Source: a virus (Duplodnaviria > Caudoviricetes). From it: 41,853 nucleotides of DNA. The notes under the pieces are model-generated. The model was not told the DNA's origin, did no database searches, and worked only from the letters and a program-made list of their open reading frames with translations. How positions within the stretch are numbered: the first letter of the stretch is position 1; each line of letters starts with the position of its first letter. The stretch lies in the IMG/VR virus record IMGVR_UViG_3300037307_000894, positions 1 to 41,853 of that record; one strand, given 5' to 3'. This document shows positions 18,630 to 27,227 of this stretch, piece by piece. Made by a program: the position numbers and the translations under genes.

Positions 18630-20105
18630 TTACTCCGTGGGTTGTTCGGTTTGTGGAGGGGGTGCGACCGCCGGTGCCTGGTCGTGCCGCGGATCGGAAT
18701 CGAAGACGAGACCCAATGCGTCGGCACGGGCGTTGTCGGCGGCGATCTCCCGGTCGACGTCCTCGGCGTCGTAGCCATAGGCCGAGATCGCCTCCGAACG
18801 GCTGGTGAGGCCGGCCCGGATGGCGAGCTTCATGGCGTTGAACTCCTTCTGCGGATCGACCCACTGCCAGCCCTGCGGGATCCACTTGGCAACTTGGTAC
18901 TCGCGCTGGCGACGGCTGTATCCGGGGAGCATGAGCGCCCCTTCGAGCACCACCTGATCCATCCAGGCACGCCAGATCGGGCGACACAGTTGGTGGACGA
19001 TCACACCGTGCTGGATCACCTCGCAGCGGCGGCGGAACTCCAGTAGGCCGGCACGAATCGACGAGTAGTTCACTTGCGTCAGGTCGCCGGTGAGCATCTC
19101 GTAGGTGATGCCCATGGCGGCCGCTACAGCCCGGAACTGCTGGCGCATGAACTCGGCGTATGAACTGCCGACGTCCGCCGGTGCCGAGAACTTGATGTCC
19201 TCGCCCGGCTCCAGAATTTGCAGGGTGCCCGGTTCGAGTCCGGCCAGTGCCACGCCATTGGCGTCCGACAGTCCCTCGCCCATCAGATTGTCTTCGGGGG
19301 CCAGACGTGTGATGAAACCGGCGAACATGGCGGCGGTCTTCTTGCGCACCAGTTCGGCGTCGTCGTACTGGTCGAGCTCGTTGAGCTTCACCAGCGCCCG
19401 GGCGAGCCACGGTTCGCCCCGAATCTGGCCAGGACGCAGCGGTCGGAAGAGATGAATCACTTCCTCGGCCGGCACACGGATCGTTTCAACACCACCCGAC
19501 CCGGACATGGGGCCGAGACTTCCATCATTCGGATGGGATCGATACAGGTGGTAGGCGACGCGCCGTCCCAGCCGGTCGAACTCGATACCGGCACGGATGA
19601 CGTTGCCGTTTTGCAGCTCCCGATTCATCGCCAGCGGCAAATGCTCGGCCTCCAGCACTTGAATCTGGAGCGCGACAGGCAGCCCGTCCTCGGGACGCCG
19701 CCAGCGCAGTCGCACGATCGCCTCGCCGCCCTCCAGCATGGCCCGACAGGCAAGCGACTGTAGCCCGTAGAAATCGGTGAGCCCCGCTGAATCGGCGGCC
19801 TCGCACCAGTCCCACCACAAGCGTTGGATGGCTTCGCGCAGGGCCGCATCTTCCACCATGCTCTGCGGCTTGATGCCGGTACCGATGGCGTTGGCAACGA
19901 AGGCCTCAATGCCTGCAGCCGCCCAGGCGTTGCGCCGCACAAGGGCGCGGCTTTTGGCGCGCAACTGTTCCTGAGTGTAGGCGAGCGCGGCCACAGCGCC
20001 TGGGTTGGCCACCGTCCAGGCGAGCGTGCGCCGGCCAAGGCCTGCGCCGTCGTAGGTGGGTGTACCGCCGAAGACGCGGCGTTTGATGGTTCCGATCCAG
20101 CCCAT
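18630..20105 (-). CDS. Portal protein, lambda family
   Basis: RPGQIRGEPW, TGDLTQVNYSSIRAGLLEF, WVDPQKE. Confidence 0.95.
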   Translation of the reverse strand: MGWIGTIKRRVFGGTPTYDGAGLGRRTLAWTVANPGAVAALAYTQEQLRAKSRALVRRNAWAAAGIEAFVANAIGTGIKPQSMVEDAALREAIQRLWWDWCEAADSAGLTDFYGLQSLACRAMLEGGEAIVRLRWRRPEDGLPVALQIQVLEAEHLPLAMNRELQNGNVIRAGIEFDRLGRRVAYHLYRSHPNDGSLGPMSGSGGVETIRVPAEEVIHLFRPLRPGQIRGEPWLARALVKLNELDQYDDAELVRKKTAAMFAGFITRLAPEDNLMGEGLSDANGVALAGLEPGTLQILEPGEDIKFSAPADVGSSYAEFMRQQFRAVAAAMGITYEMLTGDLTQVNYSSIRAGLLEFRRRCEVIQHGVIVHQLCRPIWRAWMDQVVLEGALMLPGYSRRQREYQVAKWIPQGWQWVDPQKEFNAMKLAIRAGLTSRSEAISAYGYDAEDVDREIAADNARADALGLVFDSDPRHDQAPAVAPPPQTEQPTE

Positions 20106-20335
20106 CAGAATCCCTTCCCGGTGGTCACGCGGATCTGGCGCGGCGCACGCGGATACAGGCCAGTGGACACGGCATCCTTGTGCATCGCGGCTTCGACCTC
20201 ATCGATGGCCTGCTTCAGTTCCTCGACGGTGCGGTACTCGACCGTCTTGTCGCCGAATGTGACGCGCTTCTCGCCACGGGCCAAGCTATCGCGCAAGGCC
20301 TGCAACTGCGCTTCGGTATAGGTCGGCGTGCTCAT
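20105..20335 (-). CDS. Head-tail joining protein gpW-like
   Basis: GEKRVTFGDKTVEYRTVEEL; directly before the portal gene. Confidence 0.85.
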   Translation of the reverse strand: MSTPTYTEAQLQALRDSLARGEKRVTFGDKTVEYRTVEELKQAIDEVEAAMHKDAVSTGLYPRAPRQIRVTTGKGF

Positions 20336-20724
20336 CGATAGACCACAAGGCTGATCTCGGGTGTGTCGGCCAACGACGCCGAGGACGAAATGCAGACGAT
20401 CTCCAGTCCTGCCTCGACTTTTCCGTCCGTTGTCCCTCGGGCCGCCGCGAAACGGATAGTTCCAGTCGCGGTATTGCTCCTGCCGGTGGCGACCCAGCAG
20501 TACTTGGCATCGGGAAACGGCGTCTCGAACTCGATCCGGTAGCGGCCCGTTCCCAAGCGGGTCACCGAAGCGACGTTGTAGGCGGCGCGAAGCTGGATCG
20601 CCCCGCCCACGTAGCCAAAGTTCACCCAGGCCCTGGCAAGCCCCGGATGGTCGGGGCGAATCAGCCCCTTGATCTCGGTGCCGATGCGGGTGGCGAGCGC
20701 CGACAGTTGCGCGACGAGGCTCAT
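20332..20724 (-). CDS. Fibre-like protein (C-terminal domain type)
   Basis: ARAWVNF...YNVASVTRLGTGRYRIEF pattern seen in phage fibre termini. Confidence 0.6.
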   Translation of the reverse strand: MSLVAQLSALATRIGTEIKGLIRPDHPGLARAWVNFGYVGGAIQLRAAYNVASVTRLGTGRYRIEFETPFPDAKYCWVATGRSNTATGTIRFAAARGTTDGKVEAGLEIVCISSSASLADTPEISLVVYR

Positions 20725-20727
20725 CAC

Positions 20728-21219
20728 TTATACCAGGGCGGCGTTGAAGATCGCCACGAAGTCGGTGTTGGTGTCGCCGATGTCGGTCGCAGCGACCGCG
20801 CCGATGTTGTCGCGCGCTTGCGTCTGCTCGGGGACGGTCAGCGCCTGAGCGGCATCGAAGCGCACCCGCTTGTCGATGGCAGCAGTGAGTGCGGCGATGC
20901 CGGTCTGGTCGTTCTGCAACGCCTGCTGGAGTTCGAGCAGGGTGTCGTAGGCCGGGTCGGCACCGCCCAGGATGTCGGCCTTTAGCGCATCGAGCAGGGT
21001 GACGACCTTGTTCGACGAATACGTGGTCGTCGTCGATACCTGCAGATCGTCGATGGCCACCGCCGTGATGATCGCGGCCTTCAGTTCGTTGATCGCCGCG
21101 ACCAGGCTCGACTTGTCGGTGGTGGTCAGCGCGGTCAGCGTGCCGGTGCGACCCTTGACGGTATTGAATTCCTCGGCGACGCGCAGGACGAAGCTGTTGA
21201 GTTGGGTTTGCAGACTCAT
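20728..21219 (-). CDS. Fibre-like coiled-coil protein
   Basis: LTTTDKSSLVAAINEL and AYDTLLELQQALQND fibre motifs; GGAG RBS. Confidence 0.6.
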   Translation of the reverse strand: MSLQTQLNSFVLRVAEEFNTVKGRTGTLTALTTTDKSSLVAAINELKAAIITAVAIDDLQVSTTTTYSSNKVVTLLDALKADILGGADPAYDTLLELQQALQNDQTGIAALTAAIDKRVRFDAAQALTVPEQTQARDNIGAVAATDIGDTNTDFVAIFNAALV

Positions 21220-21245
21220 GGTGGCTTTCTCCAGTGGTGGTGTGA

Positions 21246-23204
21246 TCAGTTGAACCAGCGGCTGCGAATCAATTGACGTGCGGGCCGGCCAGTTCTCGGG
21301 GTTCCAGAAACAGCGAGGCCACCTCGTTGGGTGGCCTCAGTGGGTTGGTCGATCTGCGGATCGGGGTCGCCGGGCGGCGACAGCCCAAGCTGCCGTTCCA
21401 GTTCGCGCCAGTGCCGCTCTTCGAAGCGGTCGAGGCCAGAGGCACTCGCCGCCGCGCGGGCATACACGTAGCAGTCGAGCGCCTCGTTCCTCTCGCGCAT
21501 CTTCTGCCACTCGCGCACCGGGTAGCCGTTGCGGTCGCGCCGGGTGATCAACTGCTCGGCGCACAGTTGCTGCAGGTACTCGGCATCCACCTTGGGCAGA
21601 TGGACAAAGCCGGTGGGGTAACGAATCGTGACCCCATCCTCGGCCACCTCCGGCACCTTCCTCAGGCTGTTGTAGAACTCCAGCTTGGCGATGCCGACCG
21701 CGACGGTGAACAGCTTGATGCCCCGGCGCAGTTTCTTGCCGCCGGTCGTGGCGTCCACCGCCGTCGGCGTGCCCACCAGTGCCGCGCCCTTGGCCGAACC
21801 TTTCACCGCCATCACGCGGGGATCGCGGGCCAGTCGCACGAAGGTGTAGGCCTCCTGCGTGGCGAAGCCGGTATCGAGCGCCAACCGGGCGAGCGGCAGC
21901 CGCGCGCCGGACGCGTGTGTCCAGGTCTCGGCGACCAGTTCACCGAGATGTTTCCACACCGCGTCGCGGGCGGTGTCGCCCATCAACACGCGATGCTCGA
22001 CGAGCCATGATTCCTTGCCGCGCCCGAAGGCCCAGATGGAGACTTCGATGCGATCCTTCTGCACGTCGGCCCCGGCCGTGAGAAGCAGGCCGCCCGCAGG
22101 CACGCTGCCCAGCGAATAGTCCTCGCGCCGTTCCAGCAGGCGCTGCCAGTCCAGCGCTTCGCCTTCCTCGACCCAGGCCTCGCCCAGTTCGGAGTTCTTG
22201 AACGCCTTGATGGTCGCCACCGAGCGGCTCTCCGACATGGCAGCCTTCTCCCACGACGCCGCAATCTCACGCCATTTACGCCAAGGGCTGTAGAGGCTGG
22301 ATAGATGAAACCCTGCGCTCGTTCCTATTCCTTGCGCCATCCATTCCCCAAGTTCCAGCATCCGGGATTTGTGATGCTCGGCAATCGCCGCTTCGCAGGA
22401 TTCGCATAGATAGACGGCGGTTTCCGGCTGCCCACGCTCCCAGCGCAGCCGTTCGAACCTCAGCCACTGGCGGTGCCCACAATGCGGACACGGCACGAAG
22501 TAGCGTCGCTGGTCGGACGCCTCATATTCCCGCTCGATGATGCTCGCCCCAGCGATGGTGGGCGTGGACACCAACAGAATCTTGCGCCGCGCAAACGTCC
22601 GGGTGCGCGCTTCGGCCAGGTGGATCGCATCACCCTCGCCATCGACGTCCAGCGGATAGGCATCCACCTCGTCGAGAAAGAGATAGCGCACCGGCATCGA
22701 GCGCAGGCCCACGGCCGAGTTGGCCCCGGTCATCACCAGCACGCCGCCGCGAAACTCCTTCATCAGCACCGTGTTGCCGGAGTCCCGGCTGCGCGGTGGG
22801 GCAATAATGTCCTTCAGCACCGGCGACTCCTCGATGAGGGGATCGATGCGGTGCTTGGAATTGCGCTGCGCCATTTCGGTCGTCGGCCAGACGATCATCA
22901 TCGGGCCGGGTGCGTGATGGATAGCATAACCCACCCAGTTGAGGCCCAGTTCCGTGCCGCCCACCTGCGCCCCTTTCATGAGCACCACCCGCTCCACCGG
23001 CGATGCCGGGGACAGGCAGTCCATGATCTCGCGCAGATAGGGCGTGCGCGCATTGCGCCAGCGCCCAGGCTCGGCCGATTCCTTGGTCGAGAGCATCCGG
23101 TAGCGCTCGGCCCATTCGGATACGGTCAGGCGCGGATCGGGCCGCAGCCCTTCGCGCCAGGCACGTTCGATCTCAAGTGCCCCTTCGTAGTCGTCCGCCA
23201 TCAT
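21246..23204 (-). CDS. terL: Terminase large subunit (GpA family)
   Basis: MKGAQVGGTE, LFLDEVD, LVSTPT, GADVQ, RNEALDCYVYA. Confidence 0.96.
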   Translation of the reverse strand: MMADDYEGALEIERAWREGLRPDPRLTVSEWAERYRMLSTKESAEPGRWRNARTPYLREIMDCLSPASPVERVVLMKGAQVGGTELGLNWVGYAIHHAPGPMMIVWPTTEMAQRNSKHRIDPLIEESPVLKDIIAPPRSRDSGNTVLMKEFRGGVLVMTGANSAVGLRSMPVRYLFLDEVDAYPLDVDGEGDAIHLAEARTRTFARRKILLVSTPTIAGASIIEREYEASDQRRYFVPCPHCGHRQWLRFERLRWERGQPETAVYLCESCEAAIAEHHKSRMLELGEWMAQGIGTSAGFHLSSLYSPWRKWREIAASWEKAAMSESRSVATIKAFKNSELGEAWVEEGEALDWQRLLERREDYSLGSVPAGGLLLTAGADVQKDRIEVSIWAFGRGKESWLVEHRVLMGDTARDAVWKHLGELVAETWTHASGARLPLARLALDTGFATQEAYTFVRLARDPRVMAVKGSAKGAALVGTPTAVDATTGGKKLRRGIKLFTVAVGIAKLEFYNSLRKVPEVAEDGVTIRYPTGFVHLPKVDAEYLQQLCAEQLITRRDRNGYPVREWQKMRERNEALDCYVYARAAASASGLDRFEERHWRELERQLGLSPPGDPDPQIDQPTEATQRGGLAVSGTPRTGRPARQLIRSRWFN

Positions 23205-23749
23205 CCGTCCACCTTCGGCACAAACTCACCCAGTTCCTCCAGATGCACGCGCACGGCGACGTCCAGCGCCACGAACAGTGTGTGCTCATCGATGCCCAGT
23301 TCCGCCGCGAGGATCGGCGTGATGCGATTCGGCCAGTTGATCCACGCCTCCCGTTCGGCCCGCGCCAACTTGAAGACGTGCGCGATGGCCTGCGACCGGT
23401 CGACCAGTTCCCCTTTGAGCTGCGCCAGGCGCACCTTGTTGGTCTGCGCCTTGACCACCTCGTTGACCGTGCGCGCCTGCAGCAGGGACGCGCCGCCGGA
23501 GGGCAATGCAGCGTGGGTGTCGCCTACGGGTGCGCTGGCGGCAGTCTCCTGCGGCACGGTGGACCGGACGGGCCTGGCGCGAGTGCCTGCACGCGGCGCT
23601 TCGGTGTTCTTCGCCCACTCGGCGTCGGCCCGTTGTGGGTCGAGAGTGCCATCGGCCTCGGGCGTGATGCGCCCGCTATCAATCGCCTTCTTGACCGCCA
23701 CGTGAGAGACGCCGCGATGCCGGGCGTAAGCGCGTATCGACAGACCCAT
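23201..23749 (-). CDS. terS: Terminase small subunit (Nu1-like)
   Basis: N-terminal HTH SIRAYARHRGVSHVAVKKAI, KGELVDR; coupled to terL. Confidence 0.8.
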   Translation of the reverse strand: MGLSIRAYARHRGVSHVAVKKAIDSGRITPEADGTLDPQRADAEWAKNTEAPRAGTRARPVRSTVPQETAASAPVGDTHAALPSGGASLLQARTVNEVVKAQTNKVRLAQLKGELVDRSQAIAHVFKLARAEREAWINWPNRITPILAAELGIDEHTLFVALDVAVRVHLEELGEFVPKVDG

Positions 23750-23798
23750 GATCACCATCAAGCCCAGCGCAGATTCTTTGCGATTTCGCGATTCAGAG

Positions 23799-23828
23799 CT
23801 TGGCTTTCCTCCAAAGAAGCGCGTTCAT
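23799..23828 (+). promoter_or_regulatory. Conserved upstream motif, copy 1
   Basis: CTTGGCTT-tcctccaaaga-AGCGC-GTTCAT, starting 64 nt before ATG 23863. Confidence 0.75.
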
Positions 23829-23862
23829 GCCATCACCATCAACCACATCGCGGGAGACAAGC

Positions 23863-24132
23863 ATGTACGCCGACAAACTGGACACCCTTGGCAAAAAACT
23901 GGCCGATGCCGCCCTGACCTTGTTGGTACGCCTTTATCCGGAAGTGCGCACCGCAAGCACCACGGAACTCGATGCCGCCTGCGCGGCGATGCGCGCCAAG
24001 TCGAGGGCGGTGATCGACGAGCTGATTGATGACGCCAAGGACGCGCCCGGGGTGGCGCACATCGCGTTTCAGACCGCAGCCCTGACGCTCGCCCACGAGG
24101 GCATAAAGACACTCAAGGCAGGACGCAAATGA
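23863..24132 (+). CDS. Small helical hypothetical protein (89 aa)
   Basis: GGGAG RBS before ATG 23863; downstream of motif copy 1. Confidence 0.75.
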   Translation: MYADKLDTLGKKLADAALTLLVRLYPEVRTASTTELDAACAAMRAKSRAVIDELIDDAKDAPGVAHIAFQTAALTLAHEGIKTLKAGRK

Positions 24133-24156
24133 ATCTGCGAAGCCAGGCAGAAAGAG

Positions 24157-24186
24157 CTTGGCTTCTCGTTCGAACAGCGCCTGAAT
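24157..24186 (+). promoter_or_regulatory. Conserved upstream motif, copy 2
   Basis: CTTGGCTT-ctcgttcgaac-AGCGC-CTGAAT, starting 65 nt before ATG 24222. Confidence 0.75.
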
Positions 24187-24221
24187 GCAATCGCCATCAA
24201 CGCCAACACAAGGAGACGACC

Positions 24222-24410
24222 ATGACCAAGCAAGCCGCCAAAACCCTCGAAACCCTGATCCAGCAGATCGCGCTGGATCACTTGTTCATCGAAACCCTGG
24301 AAACCCGCAACAGCGACCGGCTGGACTTCCACGAGGTCAGCGCCTGGGGCGTCAAGAGCGCCCTGATGGCCGCCTACGAAGCGGGCCGGCAGGCCGCGAA
24401 GCAGGACTGA
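24222..24410 (+). CDS. DUF6900-like small protein (62 aa)
   Basis: IETLETRNSDRLDFHEVSAWGVKSALMAAYEAG; AAGGAG RBS. Confidence 0.8.
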   Translation: MTKQAAKTLETLIQQIALDHLFIETLETRNSDRLDFHEVSAWGVKSALMAAYEAGRQAAKQD

Positions 24411-24427
24411 AAAAGAAACGGAACACG

Positions 24428-24457
24428 CTTGGCTTCACTTCCGAACAGCGCGTTCAT
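24428..24457 (+). promoter_or_regulatory. Conserved upstream motif, copy 3
   Basis: CTTGGCTT-cacttccgaac-AGCGC-GTTCAT, starting 64 nt before ATG 24492. Confidence 0.75.
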
Positions 24458-24491
24458 GACCACACCATCAACCACCACGAAGGAGCATCAA

Positions 24492-25043
24492 ATGGCCACC
24501 ATGCAACTGACCCCTGCCCAGCACGCGATCCTCGCCTATGCGATCGACACTACCTCCGGCAAGATCGAATGGTTCCCCGACAACATCAAAGGCGGTGCCC
24601 GCACCAAGGTGCTGGAGGGCCTGTTCAACAGGGCCCTAATTACCCGCGACAGCACCGACTGGTTCGTCGCCGCCGAGGGCTACGACGCCCTGGGGCGCGC
24701 CCGCCCCACCCCGGCCACCATTCACCCCGACCCGGAGGTTGAGGCCGCCGTGTCGGCGGCTGAGGCCAACTGGGCGCAAGAGAAACAAACCGCTGCCCAG
24801 CGACTGCTCAAGGTCGGCATCGAGGGCAAGCCCCGCACCCGCGCGAACAGCAAGCAGGCCGCCGTGATCCAGATGCTGCAGCGACCGGAAGGGGCCACCA
24901 TCAACCAGATCTGCGCAGCCACCGGCTGGCAGGCGCACACGGTGCGCGGCACCTTTGCCGGTGCGTTTAAGAAGAAACTCGGACTCACCATCACCTCGGA
25001 GAAGCCCGAGGGCGGCGAGCGCATCTACAAGGTGGCAGGGTGA
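24492..25043 (+). CDS. DUF3489 domain protein (C-terminal winged-HTH-like)
   Basis: SKQAAVIQMLQRPEGATINQICAATGWQAHTVRG...KKLGLTITSEK...RIY. Confidence 0.88.
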   Translation: MATMQLTPAQHAILAYAIDTTSGKIEWFPDNIKGGARTKVLEGLFNRALITRDSTDWFVAAEGYDALGRARPTPATIHPDPEVEAAVSAAEANWAQEKQTAAQRLLKVGIEGKPRTRANSKQAAVIQMLQRPEGATINQICAATGWQAHTVRGTFAGAFKKKLGLTITSEKPEGGERIYKVAG

Positions 25044-25255
25044 TCACCATGCGGAAGACCTACCCGACTATGAACGGCGCCGAACCCGCCATCGTCCAGC
25101 CCTCCGTAAATGGTTGGGCCGTTTCCTGGAATCCCGACGATGGGCGCTGGTATGTCGAAGTCCCGGGCGCACCAGGGATTGCCGTGGCGACTTTCAAGGA
25201 TCGCCGCAACGCCATGCAATACGCCAGACAGCACGAGCCGCCATTCGCAAGCTGA
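25040..25255 (+). CDS. Small hypothetical protein (~70 aa)
   Basis: GTGA overlap with the DUF3489 stop; GRWYVE...ATFKDRRNAMQYAR small beta-alpha pattern. Confidence 0.55.
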   Translation: MITMRKTYPTMNGAEPAIVQPSVNGWAVSWNPDDGRWYVEVPGAPGIAVATFKDRRNAMQYARQHEPPFAS

Positions 25256-25282
25256 TCGGGTGTTACCCCGCCTGACCAGAAC

Positions 25283-25308
25283 CGGGGTGGCGGCACACCG
25301 CCGCCCCG
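25283..25308. other. GC-rich stem-loop separating array units
   Basis: CGGGGTGGCGG-CACA-CCGCCGCCCCG followed by an A-tract. Confidence 0.5.
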
Positions 25309-25327
25309 AAAAAAGATGCAGAAAGCG

Positions 25328-25357
25328 CTTGGCTTCCCAATCGAACAGCGCGTTGCT
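25328..25357 (+). promoter_or_regulatory. Conserved upstream motif, copy 4
   Basis: CTTGGCTT-cccaatcgaac-AGCGC-GTTGCT, starting 66 nt before ATG 25394. Confidence 0.75.
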
Positions 25358-25393
25358 ACGGGTGTCGCAACGATCAACCCGAAGGAGAAAACG

Positions 25394-25771
25394 ATGACCA
25401 CGACCAACACCACCCCCGCCACCCAGAACGAAGTCTGGGGCTTTTGGGGCACGATGAACGACAACGCCCAAGCCGCCTGGCCCATCGCGATGACCGCGAT
25501 CTCCAACGCCACCTACCAGCCCCTCGAATCGGTCAGGCTGTTCCTCGATAGCCGCCACGGACGCCACTTTGCGGATGACGTCCTCAACGAGATGCTCCGG
25601 GGCCACGCGATCCAGCAAGCCGTCGACGCCGCCGTCGCCCGCTGGATGGGCTGGACGATTGGCCGCCAGACCAGCAAGGACTATGGCATCCCCAAGGGAC
25701 TGCCTTACCTCACCGGGTTCGTGATTCACTGCGAAGTGACCGACGAGTCCTTCGAAGCCCAAGCCGCGTAA
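25394..25771 (+). CDS. Conserved prophage hypothetical protein (125 aa)
   Basis: WGFWGTM...FLDSRHGRHFADDV; AAGGAG RBS. Confidence 0.8.
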   Translation: MTTTNTTPATQNEVWGFWGTMNDNAQAAWPIAMTAISNATYQPLESVRLFLDSRHGRHFADDVLNEMLRGHAIQQAVDAAVARWMGWTIGRQTSKDYGIPKGLPYLTGFVIHCEVTDESFEAQAA

Positions 25772-25781
25772 GGAGATCGAC

Positions 25782-25988
25782 ATGGCTGCCGTCGTCACCA
25801 GTCCGCAACTCGAAGCCAACTACGACAAGTTCATCGCCGAACTGACAAAGCTCAGCCGAAAGTACGGCGTGGCGATCCAGTCAGTCGGCGGTGTCATCCT
25901 CGCCGACAACCCCGGCGAGTTCAGCGACGTCACCTACGTGGCCGACATCACCAGCGGCGACTTGCTGCCCGAGTTCCCCTCTGCCTGA
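25782..25988 (+). CDS. Small acidic hypothetical protein (68 aa)
   Basis: TAAGGAG RBS; overlaps the 3' end of the convergent MTase ORF. Confidence 0.7.
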   Translation: MAAVVTSPQLEANYDKFIAELTKLSRKYGVAIQSVGGVILADNPGEFSDVTYVADITSGDLLPEFPSA

Positions 25989-27227
25989 GAGAGCATCGAA
26001 CGCAACGCCATCAGACTGCCGTATGGCCTGCGCCCCGGCATAGTCCTGCCAGCGTCGCACGATCACATCAACGTACTTCGGATCCAGTTCGATCAGCCGT
26101 GCCTTGCGGCCTGACTTGTGGGCAGCGATCATCGTGGTGCCCGACCCACCAAAGGGGTCAAGCACCACATCACCCGGGCGACTCGAGTTGCGGATGGCCC
26201 GTTCCACCAGTTCCACCGGCTTCATGGTCGGGTGCAGATCGTTCTTCTGCGGCTTCTTGATCTGCCACACATCCCCCTGGTCGCGGTCCCCGCACCAGTG
26301 ACGATCGGCGCCCTCGGGCCAGCCGTAGAGGATGGGCTCGTACTGGCGCTGGTAGTCGGCACGCCCCAGGGTAAAGGTGTTCTTGGCCCAGATGACGAAG
26401 GTCGACCAGTGACCACCGGCAGCGCGAAACGCTGCCTGCAATCGATCCAGTTCGCTCGATGACATGGCCACATAGATGCCGCCCTGGCAATGCGCCACGG
26501 TGGGCGTCAGTGCCGCCAGCAGGAAATCGTAAAAACCGTCGCCCAGGTTGTCGTTGAGGATCGCGCGATCCTTGCCGCGCATCTTGTCCTTGGCGCTGTT
26601 GGCGTAGTTCACATTGTAGGGAGGGTCGGTGAAAACCATGCTGGCCATTTCGTCGCACAGCACGGTAACGTAGGCATCGGCATCGGTGGCATCGCCGCAG
26701 ATCACCCGGTGCTCGCCGCAGATCCAGACGTCAGCCGCCCGGGATACGACGATGCCGGAGCCATCCGGAACCGCATCCTCGTCGGTCTCGCCTTCGGTGG
26801 TCGTCTCTTCGCCAGCCAGCAGATCGGCCAGGGCGTCGGCGTCGAACCCGGTCAGGGCCAGATCGAATTGATCGTCCTGCAGCGCGGCCAATTCCACTTG
26901 CAGCATCGCTTCATCCCAGCCGGCGTTTTCCGCAATGCGGTTGTCCGCGATCACCAGGGCTCGGCGCTGGGTCGGCGTCAGGTGGTCGAGCACCACGACC
27001 GGCACCATCGCCAGCCCGAGCTTCTGGGCAGCGGCCAGACGACCGTGACCAGCAACGATGACGCCATCGCCCCCGGCCAGGATCGGATTGGTGAAACCGA
27101 ACTCGGCGATCGACGCCGCGATCTGGGCGACCTGAGCCTCCGAGTGCGTGCGCGAGTTGCGCGCATACGGCACCAGCTTGGCCGTGGGCCATTGCTCGAT
27201 CTTGTCGGCGAGCCAGGAGATGGTCAT
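25881..27227 (-). CDS. ParB-N fused DNA methyltransferase (N6A/N4C, beta class)
   Basis: FGFTNPIL...AGHGRL (ParB), FTDPPY, HPTMKP, LDPFGGSGTT. Confidence 0.93.
   Translation of the reverse strand: MTISWLADKIEQWPTAKLVPYARNSRTHSEAQVAQIAASIAEFGFTNPILAGGDGVIVAGHGRLAAAQKLGLAMVPVVVLDHLTPTQRRALVIADNRIAENAGWDEAMLQVELAALQDDQFDLALTGFDADALADLLAGEETTTEGETDEDAVPDGSGIVVSRAADVWICGEHRVICGDATDADAYVTVLCDEMASMVFTDPPYNVNYANSAKDKMRGKDRAILNDNLGDGFYDFLLAALTPTVAHCQGGIYVAMSSSELDRLQAAFRAAGGHWSTFVIWAKNTFTLGRADYQRQYEPILYGWPEGADRHWCGDRDQGDVWQIKKPQKNDLHPTMKPVELVERAIRNSSRPGDVVLDPFGGSGTTMIAAHKSGRKARLIELDPKYVDVIVRRWQDYAGAQAIRQSDGVAFDALSGRGELGQQVAAGDVGHVGDVAELAGVVGEDDTAD

Noticed and set aside
21315-21338. 9-bp inverted repeat near the 3' end of terL
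   Set aside because: Within coding sequence and without a clear U-tract; not enough support for a call.
23799-25357. Repeated motif as a CRISPR array or integron attC sites
   Set aside because: The intervals are whole genes of variable length, and the motif is neither palindromic nor bounded by RYYYAAC/GTTRRRY.
23748-25771. Recurrent LGFxxEQRVH peptide in ORF-track extensions
   Set aside because: A by-product of the DNA motif: third codon positions of CTT, GGC and CGC are invariant, and better starts with RBS lie downstream.
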